A DNA stretch of 60,898 nucleotides, filler included, from Sphacelaria rigidula (GCA_964200075.2; 9 parts of 9 records of this genome joined end to end with filler, not necessarily neighbours in it); one strand, 5' to 3'. Counted from the whole stretch's first letter, positions 1-12,294 are shown. Notes: generated by a model not told the origin, from the letters alone. A program made the numbers and translations.

Positions 1-137
1 CCACTGCGCTTCGCGCTTGGTGGTTTGAGTGAGCCTGGTCCGGCGAAGCCCGGCGTGCTCCGTCCCGGCATTGTTGGGATGCGATGTCAATGGTCTTATG
101 ACTATGGCATGCATGATCATGACTACACCCCCCCTCC
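1..137 (+). mobile_element. Short retroposed repeat (SINE or non-autonomous LINE 3' end) ending GACTACA plus a C-run; 5' truncated by contig start
   Basis: Close match to 57381-57512. Its last ~75 nt are homologous to the LINE 3' tails at 20010-20100 (minus) and 54929-55010 (minus). Confidence 0.75.
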
Positions 138-289
138 CCGCCGTTGACTTTTCAGTGTTCGAGTTTCCTCGACGAAAAGGTGCTAAGGCCAAATCATGAT
201 TGTTTCCAATGCCGCCAAGATGGGACTGAAAGTTGGATATTTTTCGGAGAAGTCGGGCATTGAAATTCCGAAAGGAGATGGTATTATTA

Positions 290-1269
290 GGGGTCGTATT
301 CACACCCTGGACAATACAATATGTAATATACATTGCCCGCTCAATATGTCGACGCGTCGGGTGGTCAATATATATATTTTATTGGGCGAGCAATATGATA
401 TCACGAGAGAGGTCAATATAACATGTTGTGCCACCGATATGTTGAGTCTCGCGACATGCAATATATATCGACCGAACAATATATCACGACACGCACCACC
501 ATATTATATATTGGCCGAGTAACATGTTGGTGCGGTAAGGCACACATATATATGTTTGTCGAGTAATATATTGGCTGCCACACGAGGTCAATAGATATTG
601 ATGGTTCAAGAGGCTCAACACCGCCAATACATATTGCCGCCCCAATATGTCGTGCGTCAATGCGTCCAATATATATTGGGCGGGCAATACACGAGGGAAT
701 ATACGGTCACAATACATATTGGTGTAGCAATATAGATATGATATATATATATATATATAGGGTTAGTATACATATATTGCTTTTCAACGCGTAGATTGGA
801 AAGTGTATTGGAATTAGTATGGTGGGCAGTTCTATGTTCGCGGGCGTCATTGAAAGTTGTATCACCACATGCCGAAAACGCTCAATTTATTCCTCCACGA
901 TCATGACACGCTCAATATTTATTGTCATGCATTACTTCACGATCATGACACGATAAACATATGTTGTTGCTTCAATATCTCCGAGGACACCTCAACGCAA
1001 TATATATTGAAAGGACAATATTTGCGCTGTCTCCATATTGGAACATATTGTATTGTCCAGGGTATAAGCAACACAGAACCGGTGACCACAGGGGCACCAG
1101 AAGACGCACATCGACTCGCTTCTTTCATCATCGTGATGTTTACCGAGGATATATTACATGCTGTGAAGGTGATGGGCGGCTCCACACCGGTGGGCAGATA
1201 GGTACCAGATGGCATATATACCGGGTCGCCTCTTCTGCCACCATCGTTTCTGACCAGTATACATTAATA
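290..1269. mobile_element. Non-autonomous DNA-transposon-like repeat rich in CAATAT/ATATTG motifs, interrupted at ~1270 by the LTR element
   Basis: Perfect 21-bp inverted repeat at 304-324 (accctggacaatacaatatgt) and 1043-1063. Region ~915-1265 is homologous to ~36140-36490 in another contig. Confidence 0.65.
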
Positions 1270-1885
1270 TGTGAGGAAGGCGTATCGCTGGAGTAGGCAG
1301 AGACCTACGGGGAGACTGCCGTCCCGATGCCGCAAGAACTCCGAGGCTCGTGATGATTTCCTCTTGTACATGTAGCCAAGAAGGGGTCAGACGAGAAGTG
1401 GTCGACTGGGGCGACCAGTGCCTCGTGGGATGTTAGGTCGTCCTGATGTCAGGCTCTTCCTGGCATCACCCCGAGTTGTCTAGTATCGTTGGCATTACAG
1501 GGTCCTCGGTAATCTGGTCCTTTCAAACCGTTCCTACCTTGTGCCTGCATGCGCTGGTTTTTTATACATGTGTGGCATCAGTCTGTGATATGCCACTGCA
1601 AAGAGGTGTCTTTCATATTTCTCCCCCCTTCATGCGCCTCAAGCCCATCAGGACTGTGGTCGATGGACAAGGCGGATATCAGCTTCGCTGATGACATAAT
1701 TATGGAAGTGTCTTTGAATGACAATCATTGATTGAGTCACGCCACCGCGAATCGCACGGTTGCCCTTCTTTATACTGTGGTATTGAGTAAACACCCCCAG
1801 TAGATTTTTAGCCACCTGTGGTCAGTGACAGTGCATGTATTCTACCCTTTAACTTTGGCTTTCTCTGTCATGTAGCTATGTCATA

Positions 1886-2430
1886 TGTGACATGTTTCCC
1901 TCAGGTGTATTTGCACTTCGGTGCTGGTTGCATCTGCTGGAATGCATGACTGGGCACTGAGACACTGATCAGTCCACGGGTGCCTGGCTTATTCCTGCCC
2001 GGGTTCTGGGATGCCTTCGGTTCCGCTGACACCTGAGTAGGGCGAAGTTCTCGGCTCAGTAACAAGGCGGTGTTCAAGATTTTTTAACCTGTGAGCATTG
2101 TGCTCTTTTGCCTAAACACCGTCAGAATGACCCTTGCTTCTTGTAATCTTGTGTCATGCAGCTGCGTCCCGTGTGACACATTTTTTATGGGATGCTTTTG
2201 CACTTTGGTGCTGGCTGCATCAGTTAGGTATACATGACTAGGGACTGGGACACCGACCGGTCCACGGGCGCTTGACGTATTCATGCCCGGGTTCAGGGAT
2301 GCCTTCGGTTCCGCTGACACCGGCGTGGGGCTACGTCCTCGTGTTAGTAACAAAGCGATGGGTATGATGTTTATCATGCGAGCCTTGTGCTCTTTGGTAA
2401 ATGACTATTGAAATGATTATTGTTTCTTGT
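1886..2430. repeat. Diverged tandem duplication, unit ~288 bp, between the integrase and the PPT
   Basis: gggatgccttcggttccgctgacacc occurs at 2008 and 2296, with flanking similarity over the whole unit. Confidence 0.85.
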
Positions 2431-2596
2431 CAGCACTACCCCGATTGATGAGAGGCCATCTTCCTTGGGAAGTGGCACCCCAGTCACCGTTGACATGTCA
2501 GATATTTTTCCGTTCATGCCTGCATTGTTTTAATGTCGTTTCTTTAGTGTTTCATTCTTTTGTGACTCTCATTGATCTCCGAATTGTGACCCCGAG

Positions 2597-3976
2597 CTAC
2601 TGCTCAACGCTTGAGCGTTTTGCTAGGACGCTCGAACAGTCTGTTGAACAGTCACATCCGTTTCCGTTACCCGGTATTTTCGTATTTCGACTCGGGATGG
2701 AGCGCTTTGCTAACCCGTTGTCATGACGGTATATCTCGATGCGATGTCTACCTTGCGGTGTTTCATCAGCTCGATATGTTAGGTCAGCTGCTGGGCCATA
2801 GCTTTTGAGTTTCAACATATGCTTATGGTTATGAATACTTCCCCGACCTGGTCCCGGAGCGTAGGCTACCACTTTTTCGACAGCATCATGTTCTATTGTA
2901 GGCAACGTTTCGTCTGGTTGGTCTCTATGGTAGAGGTATCCGTTTGTGTAGAAACAACTCGCTCGATATATCGGCATCGATGCGAGTGGCGTTTCCCGCG
3001 GGCGATATCTCTTCAAGTGAGCGGGGTGTACTGACATTGCTTTATAGTCGTCGCCTATGTTGGTTATGTACTCAACGGGCGATGGTCTCTCGGTTATCAT
3101 GAAAGGTGCTCTCCATGGTAATTGAAGTTTCACGTTCGACCCTTCCGAGTCCTGGTATGATCGGTACATGTGTACCTTTTGACTGGGTTCGGACACTGGG
3201 AACGGTTTTCATTTGTTTCTGTTTTCTTGCTCGTTCGCTCTTCCTCGTAGAGCTTGTCTCGCGAATTCAAATCCAACCTTTAGGTTTTCCCGTGTTTCTT
3301 TGGATAATTCTTCGGGTGTTGCGGCTTGACTTTCCTCAGGTATGCCGGGGAAACTGTCGATTGGTAGCCTGGGCTGTCTTCCAAACAATAAAAAATACGG
3401 TATCTGCTGTGCTGTATGGAGAGGATCTGTTGTACACCATTTGGATGAACGGAAGTATGGATGCCCAACTTTTGTTTCCAATTGACATATGCATAGCTAA
3501 CATCGCGTGCATAGTTGAGTGGATTTGTCCCGACACTGAATTACCTTGCGAGTGTAACGGTGCCGTGCGAGGTTTATTGAAACCCAGCTCTTGTAGCCGT
3601 GCGTATATTAGCTTGTTTCCGATGTCGGCTTTTAATTCGAACGCAGCTTTCCCGGGATGCCAAATGTAGAAAGTCTCTGTCGATAAGAGTTTTGGCTATT
3701 GATGTGGTCTGTTTTCTCGGCACCAGAATGAGCAAAGCATACCGTGTGAGGTGGTCCAATACGGACAGTATATATTTACACAGTACTCCAGCCTTTGACA
3801 TCGAAGTTGTCTTGCATTCGAGTAGGTCTGCCGGCACTCTTTTGTATGGCCGTCTTACCGGAACGTATCCCATCGGCAAATTTTGGCCGGTTGTGGACCA
3901 TTTTGTTTTGGCGTTGGTAACCCTGACATGGTGTACGTACTCCCGTGTGCGCGGTTGACTGACAGCTCTCGGTCAT
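2597..3976 (-). pseudogene. Frameshifted Gypsy integrase with C-terminal chromodomain-like segment
   Basis: ORF fragments CKYILSVLDHLTRYALLI, WASILPFIQMVYN, PYFLLFGRQPRLPID, KLQLPWRAPF (GPY/F region) and VEKVVAY..LKLKSYGPAADLTY (chromodomain-like). Confidence 0.85.
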
Positions 3977-4404
3977 TTTGCACCGGCTTCAAACGGTCGA
4001 GGTTCTCAGCTGATATTTGACGTTGATATGTGGTTCAGCTATTTTCAGCGCCGGGTATTTTGGCCCGTTACCACTTATTTGCGTAAGCGACAGTTTGATT
4101 TTAGCTTTTCGTCCCTCTGGAGTGACGCAAACAGTCGTGAGAGGGTGTCCGGAAGAACATGAAGTTTCTCCAGTTTTTGTCTCTTATTATCATTATGAAG
4201 TTTTTCCGGTTTTCTGTCTCTCATGTTGAGGGGATATAGCCTCAAATGTTATTGTTTTTCGGGTTCACATGTCGGCTCGACGGGTTGGTGGTTTGTGCCG
4301 TTGCCGTCTTATTTGTTGCCGCCTACGTGCATACTATCCTTGCGACACTGATGCGCGTGGATGCTTGAGGTACATCCGGTAATCTTCCGCCTGCCAGTCG
4401 AGTA

Positions 4405-4700
4405 TATTTTGAAAGCACTCATAATGGAGTTGTCTAGTAATAGATAATCCGACCCCAGATTATGTAATACAAACGCTTCTGCTGGCAGGGTTTTATCCCC
4501 AACCTCCGCTCGAAACGACTGAACCCTAGGATTTTCATGGGGGAACCGTCCGCGCTTCTGATATCCATGGGTTCTGGTGGTACTGTGTTTATATCAACTG
4601 CCATCATGACTGGGTGTTCATCATCTATGAACGTTTTGCTGATACATGGTACATGCTGCGGAATCGATTGTGATTATTTTCCGCGGTGTACCATCCACTC
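4405..4700 (-). pseudogene. Retroviral-type aspartic protease remnant
   Basis: Minus strand reads ITIDSAAC (D-S/T-G-like active site), then ADGSPMKILGF, then DKTLPAEAFVLHNLGSDYLLLDNSIMSAF, across frameshifts. Confidence 0.65.
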
Positions 4701-4717
4701 TGACTGCGACCTGAACA

Positions 4718-4973
4718 GAGCAATGCTACGGTAGGGGTGCACTTTTTTCGCGAAATTATGTCTAGTTCGGGGGCTCCTAATGATTCTACAAACACAAAAA
4801 TATGGGTCAGGGCAACCCCGTTTGCAAATTCATTCGGGATATCCCCAGCACATTGGAGTAGTAATCCTGGCGTACTTTCATATTTTTCATAGGTCGTGTT
4901 TTGCATCAGATGGAGGGCTCCTAATAATTTCAATATCAGAAAACATTTGTGCACCCCTACCGTAGCATCACTT
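4718..4973. mobile_element. MITE family A copy 1 (GAG-ended, 4-bp TSD; Sola2-like)
   Basis: TIR core atgctacggtaggggtgcac (4723-4742) / gtgcacccctaccgtagcat (4949-4968). TSD AACA at 4714-4717 and 4974-4977. Confidence 0.9.
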
Positions 4974-6607
4974 AACACGTACTGCTGCACAGGATAACGC
5001 CGAGAGCGTATTTGTATACCTCGAGTAGTGACGTTTCGTTGTATGAGTCATAACAGTGATCGTCCAAGATAGGGTTGGAAAAAGGAAGACTGGTGTTTTG
5101 ATTTGAAATCAATAACCCCTGCTTACAACATTTTGTTTTTTGGCTTCCGGTTGAAGATATGTCGGCGCGGAATGCACCGTTACCGATTCATTGGGGTACG
5201 GCGCAGAATGTAGCATGATGGGAGCCTCAACAAGTTGAGCTTCATATTAGACGATGATGGACCTTCGTCGGGTGTGTTGCTTTTTACATGGCTGCTCTGA
5301 AGGCTGCGTAGGAATCAACTCTCATCATGCTCTTTTCCAGCTTCTCCTCCTAGTATGTACTTTCACATCCCTACTGAGGGCTGAATTGGTGACTCTCTAG
5401 AGGAGTTATTGTACTGACCAGGAAACCCGCTTCTCTCCGATATTTTTTCACCAAACGGTTGGCACTTTTTTCCATCTCATGCGTACCGAGGTGTGGAATA
5501 TTGAACTGTCTGTCCTTTTCAGCTCCTCTCAACCTGTGAGCTGGAATGTGGTACGACCGTCCTCTACGCCTCCTTCTTTCGCATACCAGTGTTATTCTTT
5601 TTCGATAATATGGAGGCTGTGTTTATGAAGGTTAGACGCCAAGATAATCCGCACCGCGCTTGTGGTGACGCCGAGACTTGGAGGATGTCACATTGTGTTG
5701 ATTGGTACTACAGCAAGGTGTCGGAGTCGCAGCCGTGGCTGCACAAGGCTCTGATGGCCCGATCTGCATTGAAACGGTGGATACCATTCTCATCAGATTC
5801 TTTGTTTTTTTACCACCTCCTGTCTCATGACGAATCTAGTATGTACAATTTCGGTCAGGCTCGCAGACCGCACGGATCCTCCAGGCGTCATCGTCAATCT
5901 TCGCCCAGTTGGGGATGGTTGCTCGCAGAAAGCCAGAACATAAACAGCATGTAGGCCCCACCATGTATGTGAGGATTCAGGCTGAACGTTTGCCGGTCTG
6001 AAAAGCTCGACACGTCAAGGTTAAGCCTATCTCACGCGACCGCTGCGTTCTGCCATCCACGCTGCCGCACGTACCCGACAAGTGGGCAACATGCCCGCAC
6101 AGACAGTAGCGATGCTGGTGGATACACGATCCTGACTGTCTGGCAGCCGGCAAGATAGTTATGGTAGTGACCCTTTAGCGATATCAACTTACAGTGCACT
6201 GCTGCAGAGTTCACAGGTGAACATTTTGGCGATTGCCTCCCCTGCAGTTCACCGAGATGTAGTGGATTTTCCCACCATATCACCGCGCCAGATTATATGT
6301 GAAAACGTATCAGATCCTGCATTGTGTTGAAATGTCCCAGCCCCTGGACGGAGATTCTACAGCCAGTCAGTACGAATACGGTGTTAGAAAAGTACTGCAC
6401 ACAGCATGGAAAATATTGCCGACTATAATTTGTGTAATACTCGTACTTCAAGTCGGTAACTGTACCACTACACTTCGAGACAACAACAGTGTGTAAAAAT
6501 CTCCAGGGTATCAAATTCTACAGGCGGCTTTGGTGCCATAGCAACTGTGTTGCCATACAGCTTCGCCCAAGATACAGGCAGCCATGACAGCAGCAGAGAT
6601 ATCCTTT

Positions 6608-6678
6608 GAGTCATCCTACGATAGGGGGGGGGGGTATTTGGTTGCACGAAAAAAGAGGCTCATAAGTGTGGCAGACAT
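6608..6678. mobile_element. Left end of a further MITE-like family (gagtcatcctacgatag-G-run), truncated by contig end
   Basis: Same start at ~13350-13420. A related opposite end (G-run-ctatcgtagaatgtgtc) lies at ~47485-47513. Confidence 0.55.
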
Positions 6679-6778
6679 NNNNNNNNNNNNNNNNNNNNNN
6701 NNNNNNNNNNNNNNNNNNNNNNTTAATTAATTAANNNNNNNNNNNNNNNNNNNNNNNNNNNNNNNNNNNNNNNNNNNN
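6679..6778. other. Artificial contig linker N44-TTAATTAATTAA-N44 (also 13457-13556, 20235-20334, 27013-27112, 33791-33890, 40568-40667, 47345-47444, 54122-54221)
   Basis: Identical 100-nt spacer with stops in all six frames, separating pieces of 6678 or 6677 bp. Confidence 0.98.
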
Positions 6779-7069
6779 GGCGTACTGGTGGTATAGCGTG
6801 TCACAGCTCGGCGGCAGAAGGGGAGACGTCGCGCAGAACAGATGAAAAGCTGATGGTCCCTCTTGTGATTAGTCTACGGTAGATCTTTCTGACAGGTGGG
6901 TCGCAAGTGCCTGCGTAGGCGATGCGGCACATGATTACCCTCAAAAACTCCTAGCTACGCATACAATCTTGTCATATACATACCACTCCACGTGGCCCAC
7001 TGTACCCCAAGCCAATCAAAAGCTGTAGTAGCAGCAGGTACACGCGGCTAATCGGGTACAATCCTGTTA

Positions 7070-7275
7070 CCTTCAACCCGCTGCGGCAACAATACAAACA
7101 CACATTCGACTAGAATCCTTCCATACCCGCTGGTCGTTTCTGGGGACCATCTGCATATCCACAAGGAAACTAGTTNNNNNNNNNNCACCCACATACACCG
7201 AAAGGTGTAGACTGGTGCCCAGAATAAATGGGACGACAACACAACAACACACACAACACAGTCATTCACCACCAC
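7070..7275 (+). mobile_element. SINE-like fragment (contains a 10-N scaffold gap at 7176-7185)
   Basis: aaaggtgtagactggtgcccagaataaatgggacgacaacac is homologous to 30666-30710 and, on the opposite strand, to 33635-33716. Confidence 0.6.
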
Positions 7276-7565
7276 AAATTTCCCACTGGCTTACATTACG
7301 AACTCACCGAAATCTCGACCAATATTATATATATCGCTCGCAGATGGTGGGGGCAGAGGAGACCCACCCGGGGTGACCGGAGACACTAAGTTCGCGACGG
7401 CACCTAGGGTCCTTCTAAGCGGGATCCTTCCACGCATATTAGAACGAATTTGCGGACTACGGCAGAAACTCGGACCAAAAACACCCGACCACGATTGCCA
7501 GAATGGACTTGAAGGCATCATATATGTAGACAACTGCAAGTAGAGTTAGACAAAGCAGCGACGCT

Positions 7566-7817
7566 GACTGCTGCCGAGATAGCCCCCCCCCCCGAACCGG
7601 CCCAAACCGTGCAGGGAGGCGAAGATTATAAATGCCGTAGAGGGCTGATTTCGTGCTGCACGACGCGACTCATTTGGGCGTGATAGCTGACTTCGGACTG
7701 CTACACGCCTCTCATGTGGGCGAAACTGCTGCAAACGAGCCCAATAGTGGGATTGCAGCCGATTTGTCGGACGGTCTCCGGTGCACTTTTTGTGGGGGGG
7801 CTATCTCGGCATTAGTC
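7566..7817. mobile_element. MITE family B copy 1
   Basis: TIR tgccgagatagccccccc / gggggggctatctcggca. Reverse-complement copy at 35279-35527. Confidence 0.85.
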
Positions 7818-8859
7818 GCTATCATACGAATTCAGAGACGACATGTTCGTAGATTTAGAGTTCCTTTTGATTGGAGATCATCAGGGTAGTGGAACATTCC
7901 GGCATTGGCATTAGCGTCGAATACAAGAGTTGCTGATAGAGTGGCCACAATCGCGTGAGGTAGACTCAGTGAGTAGACTCTAATTCTGGCAGGGACACCC
8001 TGACACTTTTGCACGGTAGTGCGCGCAGGCAAATTTCTGTGTGGCGTCTGACCAAGATGACGGGTCTTGATCACCGACGATGCGAGGATCATAACCCTCC
8101 ACTCAATCATGAATCGCGTAGGGTACAAATCAGTGCAGAATTCCACGCAGACCTGAACTTGTGGGAGTGGGCGAGTGCCCAAAACGCATTGACGTCGGGT
8201 ATTTCTCTTTCTTTTCCCACCGATTTTCGACCATATTACACGTCCGGTGACTCGTCACTGGGTATCGGACGCCACATTGCAGGCAATGGGCGGGATACTG
8301 TTTAGATTTGGGGGCATGGTGGCGGCTCGATATAACCACGGAACGAATCAGGCGTTCGACAGGAGCAACGGACGTAGACCCCACAACGTACTCAACATCA
8401 ATAGGTTAGAGTTGACAGGCATGGTATTTCACAGCGTGGAAAGTGTAACAGCGGGCGATCGATCTCACGACGAGAATGATGCGGTACAATTTCTGGGCGA
8501 TAACACTGCGGATACTAATTGGGTCAACCGTTGCGGAGGCGTGACTGACACAAGAGCAGTAGCATTGATGCGTATCCTAGCCTTACTCGAAAAAATAATG
8601 GGGATGACGCGATCAAGCACATCACATTACGGGCGCCGACAATGTGTTTGCCGACGGCATATCTCGTTGACTTTGGCACGATATTCCACATCACTTGATT
8701 GCAATATCGCCGCACACTCACTTGCAGGAGGCGACATCGGACACGCACGGTGCGACACTATGTTCGGAAGTCTCGCGACGTTCTCGCACGCGTCGAAAGT
8801 TCACCATCGTTTTTGGTACTTAAGAAGGAGGTTGAGATGTGGAGGCAGTGGCGCAGTTT

Positions 8860-10030
8860 AGCGGTGGGCAAGTCCCTCCTAATGGATATGTCAGTAGGAG
8901 TAGAAGCGATTGCTATGGAGCTGGGCAAGCGTTGGCGTCCCCATATTTTGCAAGAGGAAGTAAACTAACCACCGCAATTCGTGGGTTATCCGCTGTGCAA
9001 TATTTTCACCGCTTGGTCGAGATCGAATTGCCTTTGCGGCACTACTTCTTGAGGGCAACAAAAAGCAGGTATGCGACGTGAAAGTAAATCGCAAGCCGGG
9101 CCGGAGGCAGCCGCACACGGCGCCCTCTAATATAGCTGGGGCCGCGTTTTTGCGGCAGAATGGGGATTGCGCGACCAACAGCTTCGGAGCAATGCTACGG
9201 TAGGGGTGCACTTTTCTCGCGAAAGTTTGTCTGGTTCAGAGGCTCCTAACGATTCTAGACGCACAAGAATATGGGTCAGGGCATCCCCGTTTGCAGATTT
9301 ATTCGGGATATCCCCAGCACATTGGAATATTAATCCTGGCGTGCTCTCGCATATTTTCACAAGTCGTGTTTTGGATGAGATAAAGGGCTCCTAACAATGC
9401 TATCCCCAGAAAATATTTGTGTACCCCTACCGTAGCACCCCTCTTTGATTATGCCTATGCGTTTCATATTTTTCTTGTACAGAGCATCAAAATTCTTCGC
9501 GTACAACGGAAAAATCCACGAGGGTTCCGGTGTAACGACGGGTGAGGTCGCATTCAAACGGAACGCATCCAATGCGAGCAAATGAATGGCTGGCACCACC
9601 CATATTGCGTAGAAATTCGATTTAGGGCAAGCAAAAGCGATCATGGTCGGAAAGGAGCGGTGATGCTCAGATCACGCATTCATAAACCGGGATACACGCA
9701 GCCGCAGACGGTGAGTAATTTATTGGGAGCAGGCGGGGGAGGCTTGAGACGTGCTGGAATGGATGCTTGTGCACCCAGCCCTAGCCGCCAAAGTACTTCC
9801 GGCGGCGTACCCATCAGGAACAGCGTGGACAGCATGGACGCGCAATCAGGCCACATCCGCGTTGAGAGAACTAGTTCAACATCAAGGTTTACAACCGCCA
9901 GAGTGCGGGTCATATCCTGAGCGAGTTGGAGGAGCTACAAGACTGGCAGCAGCAGGCGTACAGCCGGCACTAATTCAGAGAGGAGGGTGCTGGCGTAGCG
10001 GGGCATCTATGAAATACGTTCGAGCCCACT
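8860..10030 (+). pseudogene. Tyrosine recombinase remnant interrupted by MITE A
   Basis: FLYRASKFFA (catalytic R), VEIRFRASKSDH, then RVGGATRLAAAG..IQRGGCWRSGASMKYVR (HxxR and catalytic Y region, degenerate). Confidence 0.8.
9187..9443. mobile_element. MITE family A copy 2
   Basis: Same TIRs as copy 1. TSD TTCG/TTTG (one mismatch). Confidence 0.9.
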
Positions 10031-10247
10031 TAAAAAGACTCGGGAGCAGAATCGAAAGCGTGCGCACAAGATGCAGTCGCCGGAGGTTTTTAGCCCGGTC
10101 AAGACACAGGATGGGGTGACGGTAGCAATCGAGCGATAATGTGGGGTGGCGAAAACAATAGTAATAGTTCCAAGGGGTGGTAAATTCATTACCATGATAT
10201 GAAAAAAAAAGTACAAAATTTGGGTTCAAGGTGGGGATATTGGGATA

Positions 10248-11017
10248 TTTGGATCACATCGTGTATTCACGATCGGGGTAAATAATACATTAATACCGTA
10301 GTCGGACCGGGAGGGACAGGCTTCGGGCATTGCGTATAGCACGGTTTCAGAGGAAATTGGATGAGGCGTGTAGTAGGGAATAGGATCGCAGTGATGAACA
10401 CATGCACAAATATTATGCATGTTATGGTCTGGCTTGGTTCTGCGTTGCGCCACATTTGATATTCATATAAATAACAAATATTCCACATTCATGAGAGGAG
10501 CAAAGTGAAAGATCGGAGCGTAGCGGGATCTGCGGTTTGTCGAACGGGTACGAATGTAAACAATCTAGGCTAATGTGAGGGAAATTGTGGAACGGTCCAT
10601 GCAAGCAAAGAGGTCAGTCACGGAAATTGAGTTTGAAGCTTGGGGCAACGGGGGAAGATGGTGCTGCAGCTCAGTTTGAATTATTTTATTTTATTTCCCA
10701 CCCACCCATCCTGGGTATGTTCAGGCGTATGGATATGTTTATGCTTGAGTTTGTTTGAGGTATGTTTGGATCACATCGTGTATTCACGATCGGGGTAAAT
10801 AATACATTAATACCGTAGTCGGACTGGGAGGGAAAGGCTTCGGGCATTGCGTATGGCACGGTTTCAGAGGAAATTAGAAGAGGCGTGTAGTAGGGAATAG
10901 GATAGCAGTGATGAACACATGCACACATAATGCGCACGTTATGGTCTGGCTTGGTTCTGCGTTGCGTCACATTTGATATTCATATAAATAACAAATATTC
11001 CACATTCATGAGAGGAG
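10248..11017 (+). repeat. 253-bp direct repeats (10248-10500, 10765-11017) with a 264-bp spacer; fits B1-A2-B2 split direct repeats of Ngaro-like elements
   Basis: Near-identical copies offset by 517 bp, immediately downstream of the recombinase. Confidence 0.85.
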
Positions 11018-11277
11018 AAAAATGCGAGAACAACACCATCACCTGCCGACAGGCCATACATTTACGATAATTATCCTCATCATACCAAGTGGTGAACACT
11101 ATACTGATCTTTGGACGGTCGGCTGGTGCCATTTTCGACTTTTATGCATCATTTTTGATTGTGCAGTTCTCGGCCGCAGCTTCAGGGAATCACGTGAAAC
11201 TTGGTGCACCAGTTGGGCACATAACAGGCAGCACATGCTCCGGAGCACAGCTCCTTTCCGTGTGCCGGCAAAATTAA

Positions 11278-11375
11278 CCCTCAGACCGCGAGATTAGTCT
11301 TTCTGGATCATGCATACTTTTCTTCACTTGAAATTGATGCCGATTTAACAGAAGACTAACCTCGCGGTCTGATGG
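11278..11375. mobile_element. 98-bp TTAA-flanked MITE (piggyBac-like)
   Basis: ttaa|ccctcagaccgcgagattagtc...gactaacctcgcggtctgatgg|ttaa. Shares its core with 52885-52982. Confidence 0.75.
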
Positions 11376-12294
11376 TTAAACGACGCGAATTCCCATTTTC
11401 AGCAATACCGTCTGTATGCCATCAGAGTGGCTATCTCGCGTCCGAAATTCTGTGCACCGTGAGTTAATGCATATTATGTGACATGGTGCTGTTCCTTGAC
11501 ACATGATCCATAAGGAAGGACAGCTGGACACGACTGATGAAGTCGATCAAAGGACACGGCTGAGCCGATTATATTTATGTAGAAGAGTACTATTACATCG
11601 CTTGACTAAGCAAGTCAAGGAAGGAAACAGAAGGAAGAGAATAAGAGAAGGAAGAGAAGGAAGAGAAGGAAGTGTGGCTACCTCAACACCATGACAAGTA
11701 GACCTTCCCAGCCAGACATCACGTACGAAAGTACAAGATATACGCCTACTATATTATCAAATCCCACCGCATGTAACTGACACTGTAGAGTAAAGATAGA
11801 TACCTTCGTACCGTGGTTTGTCAGTACTGCAGACTACACTGAAAAGGCTGTTCACACCAACAGGTACCTCATTCACTTCCGCATCACGGCCACCTGGGAG
11901 GCTGCAGTGCTCGCTAATGAACATAGATCAGTACTGACGCCGCCTCCGGATTACGATAATCTGTAGAAAAGCCATTCCGGTATCGACTGTAGAGATGCTC
12001 AGGGCAGGGAGCACGGTGGTGCGCGCGCTGTCGTCCCTGCTATGCGCTGAAACTTCGGGAACATCTCATGTACCCCACAGTCAACAAGCCCACGAGGCTG
12101 CATCTTGGGTTGGTCGTCGCAGCAGTGCGCGAGGGGATGAAATGACACACGTGGACAAATAGCACCCTGTAGGACAAGCTGCACAGGGTTCTCCACAGTC
12201 TTTGTGAAAAACCCTGTGTAGCATTTGCAAACCCTAGTACCTGTAATAGCATTTTGCATAGCGTTTTTGTCGAAACCCTGCAAGTAACCCTGTG

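Larger units (their letters stand above)
1270..5975 (-). mobile_element. Degenerate Ty3/Gypsy LTR retrotransposon (gag-like, protease, integrase with chromodomain-like tail; RT/RNase H absent)
   Basis: PBS-like tggtggggcc on the minus strand (plus 5954-5963 ggccccacca). Candidate 3' LTR 1270-1617 with a PPT-like tract at 1618-1630. Protease and integrase motifs on the minus strand. Confidence 0.8.
7820..11017 (+). mobile_element. Degenerate tyrosine-recombinase retrotransposon (Ngaro/DIRS-type), 5' part missing
   Basis: RNase H-like motifs (EFHADLNLWEW, VSDATLQAMGG, LNINRLELTGMV, GDNTADTNWVNRCGG) are followed by recombinase motifs and a 253-bp direct repeat at the 3' end. Confidence 0.85.

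Noticed and set aside
6723..6734. Recurrent TTAATTAATTAA palindrome at ~6.78-kb period
   Set aside because: Artificial six-frame-stop linker within N-runs, not biological periodicity.
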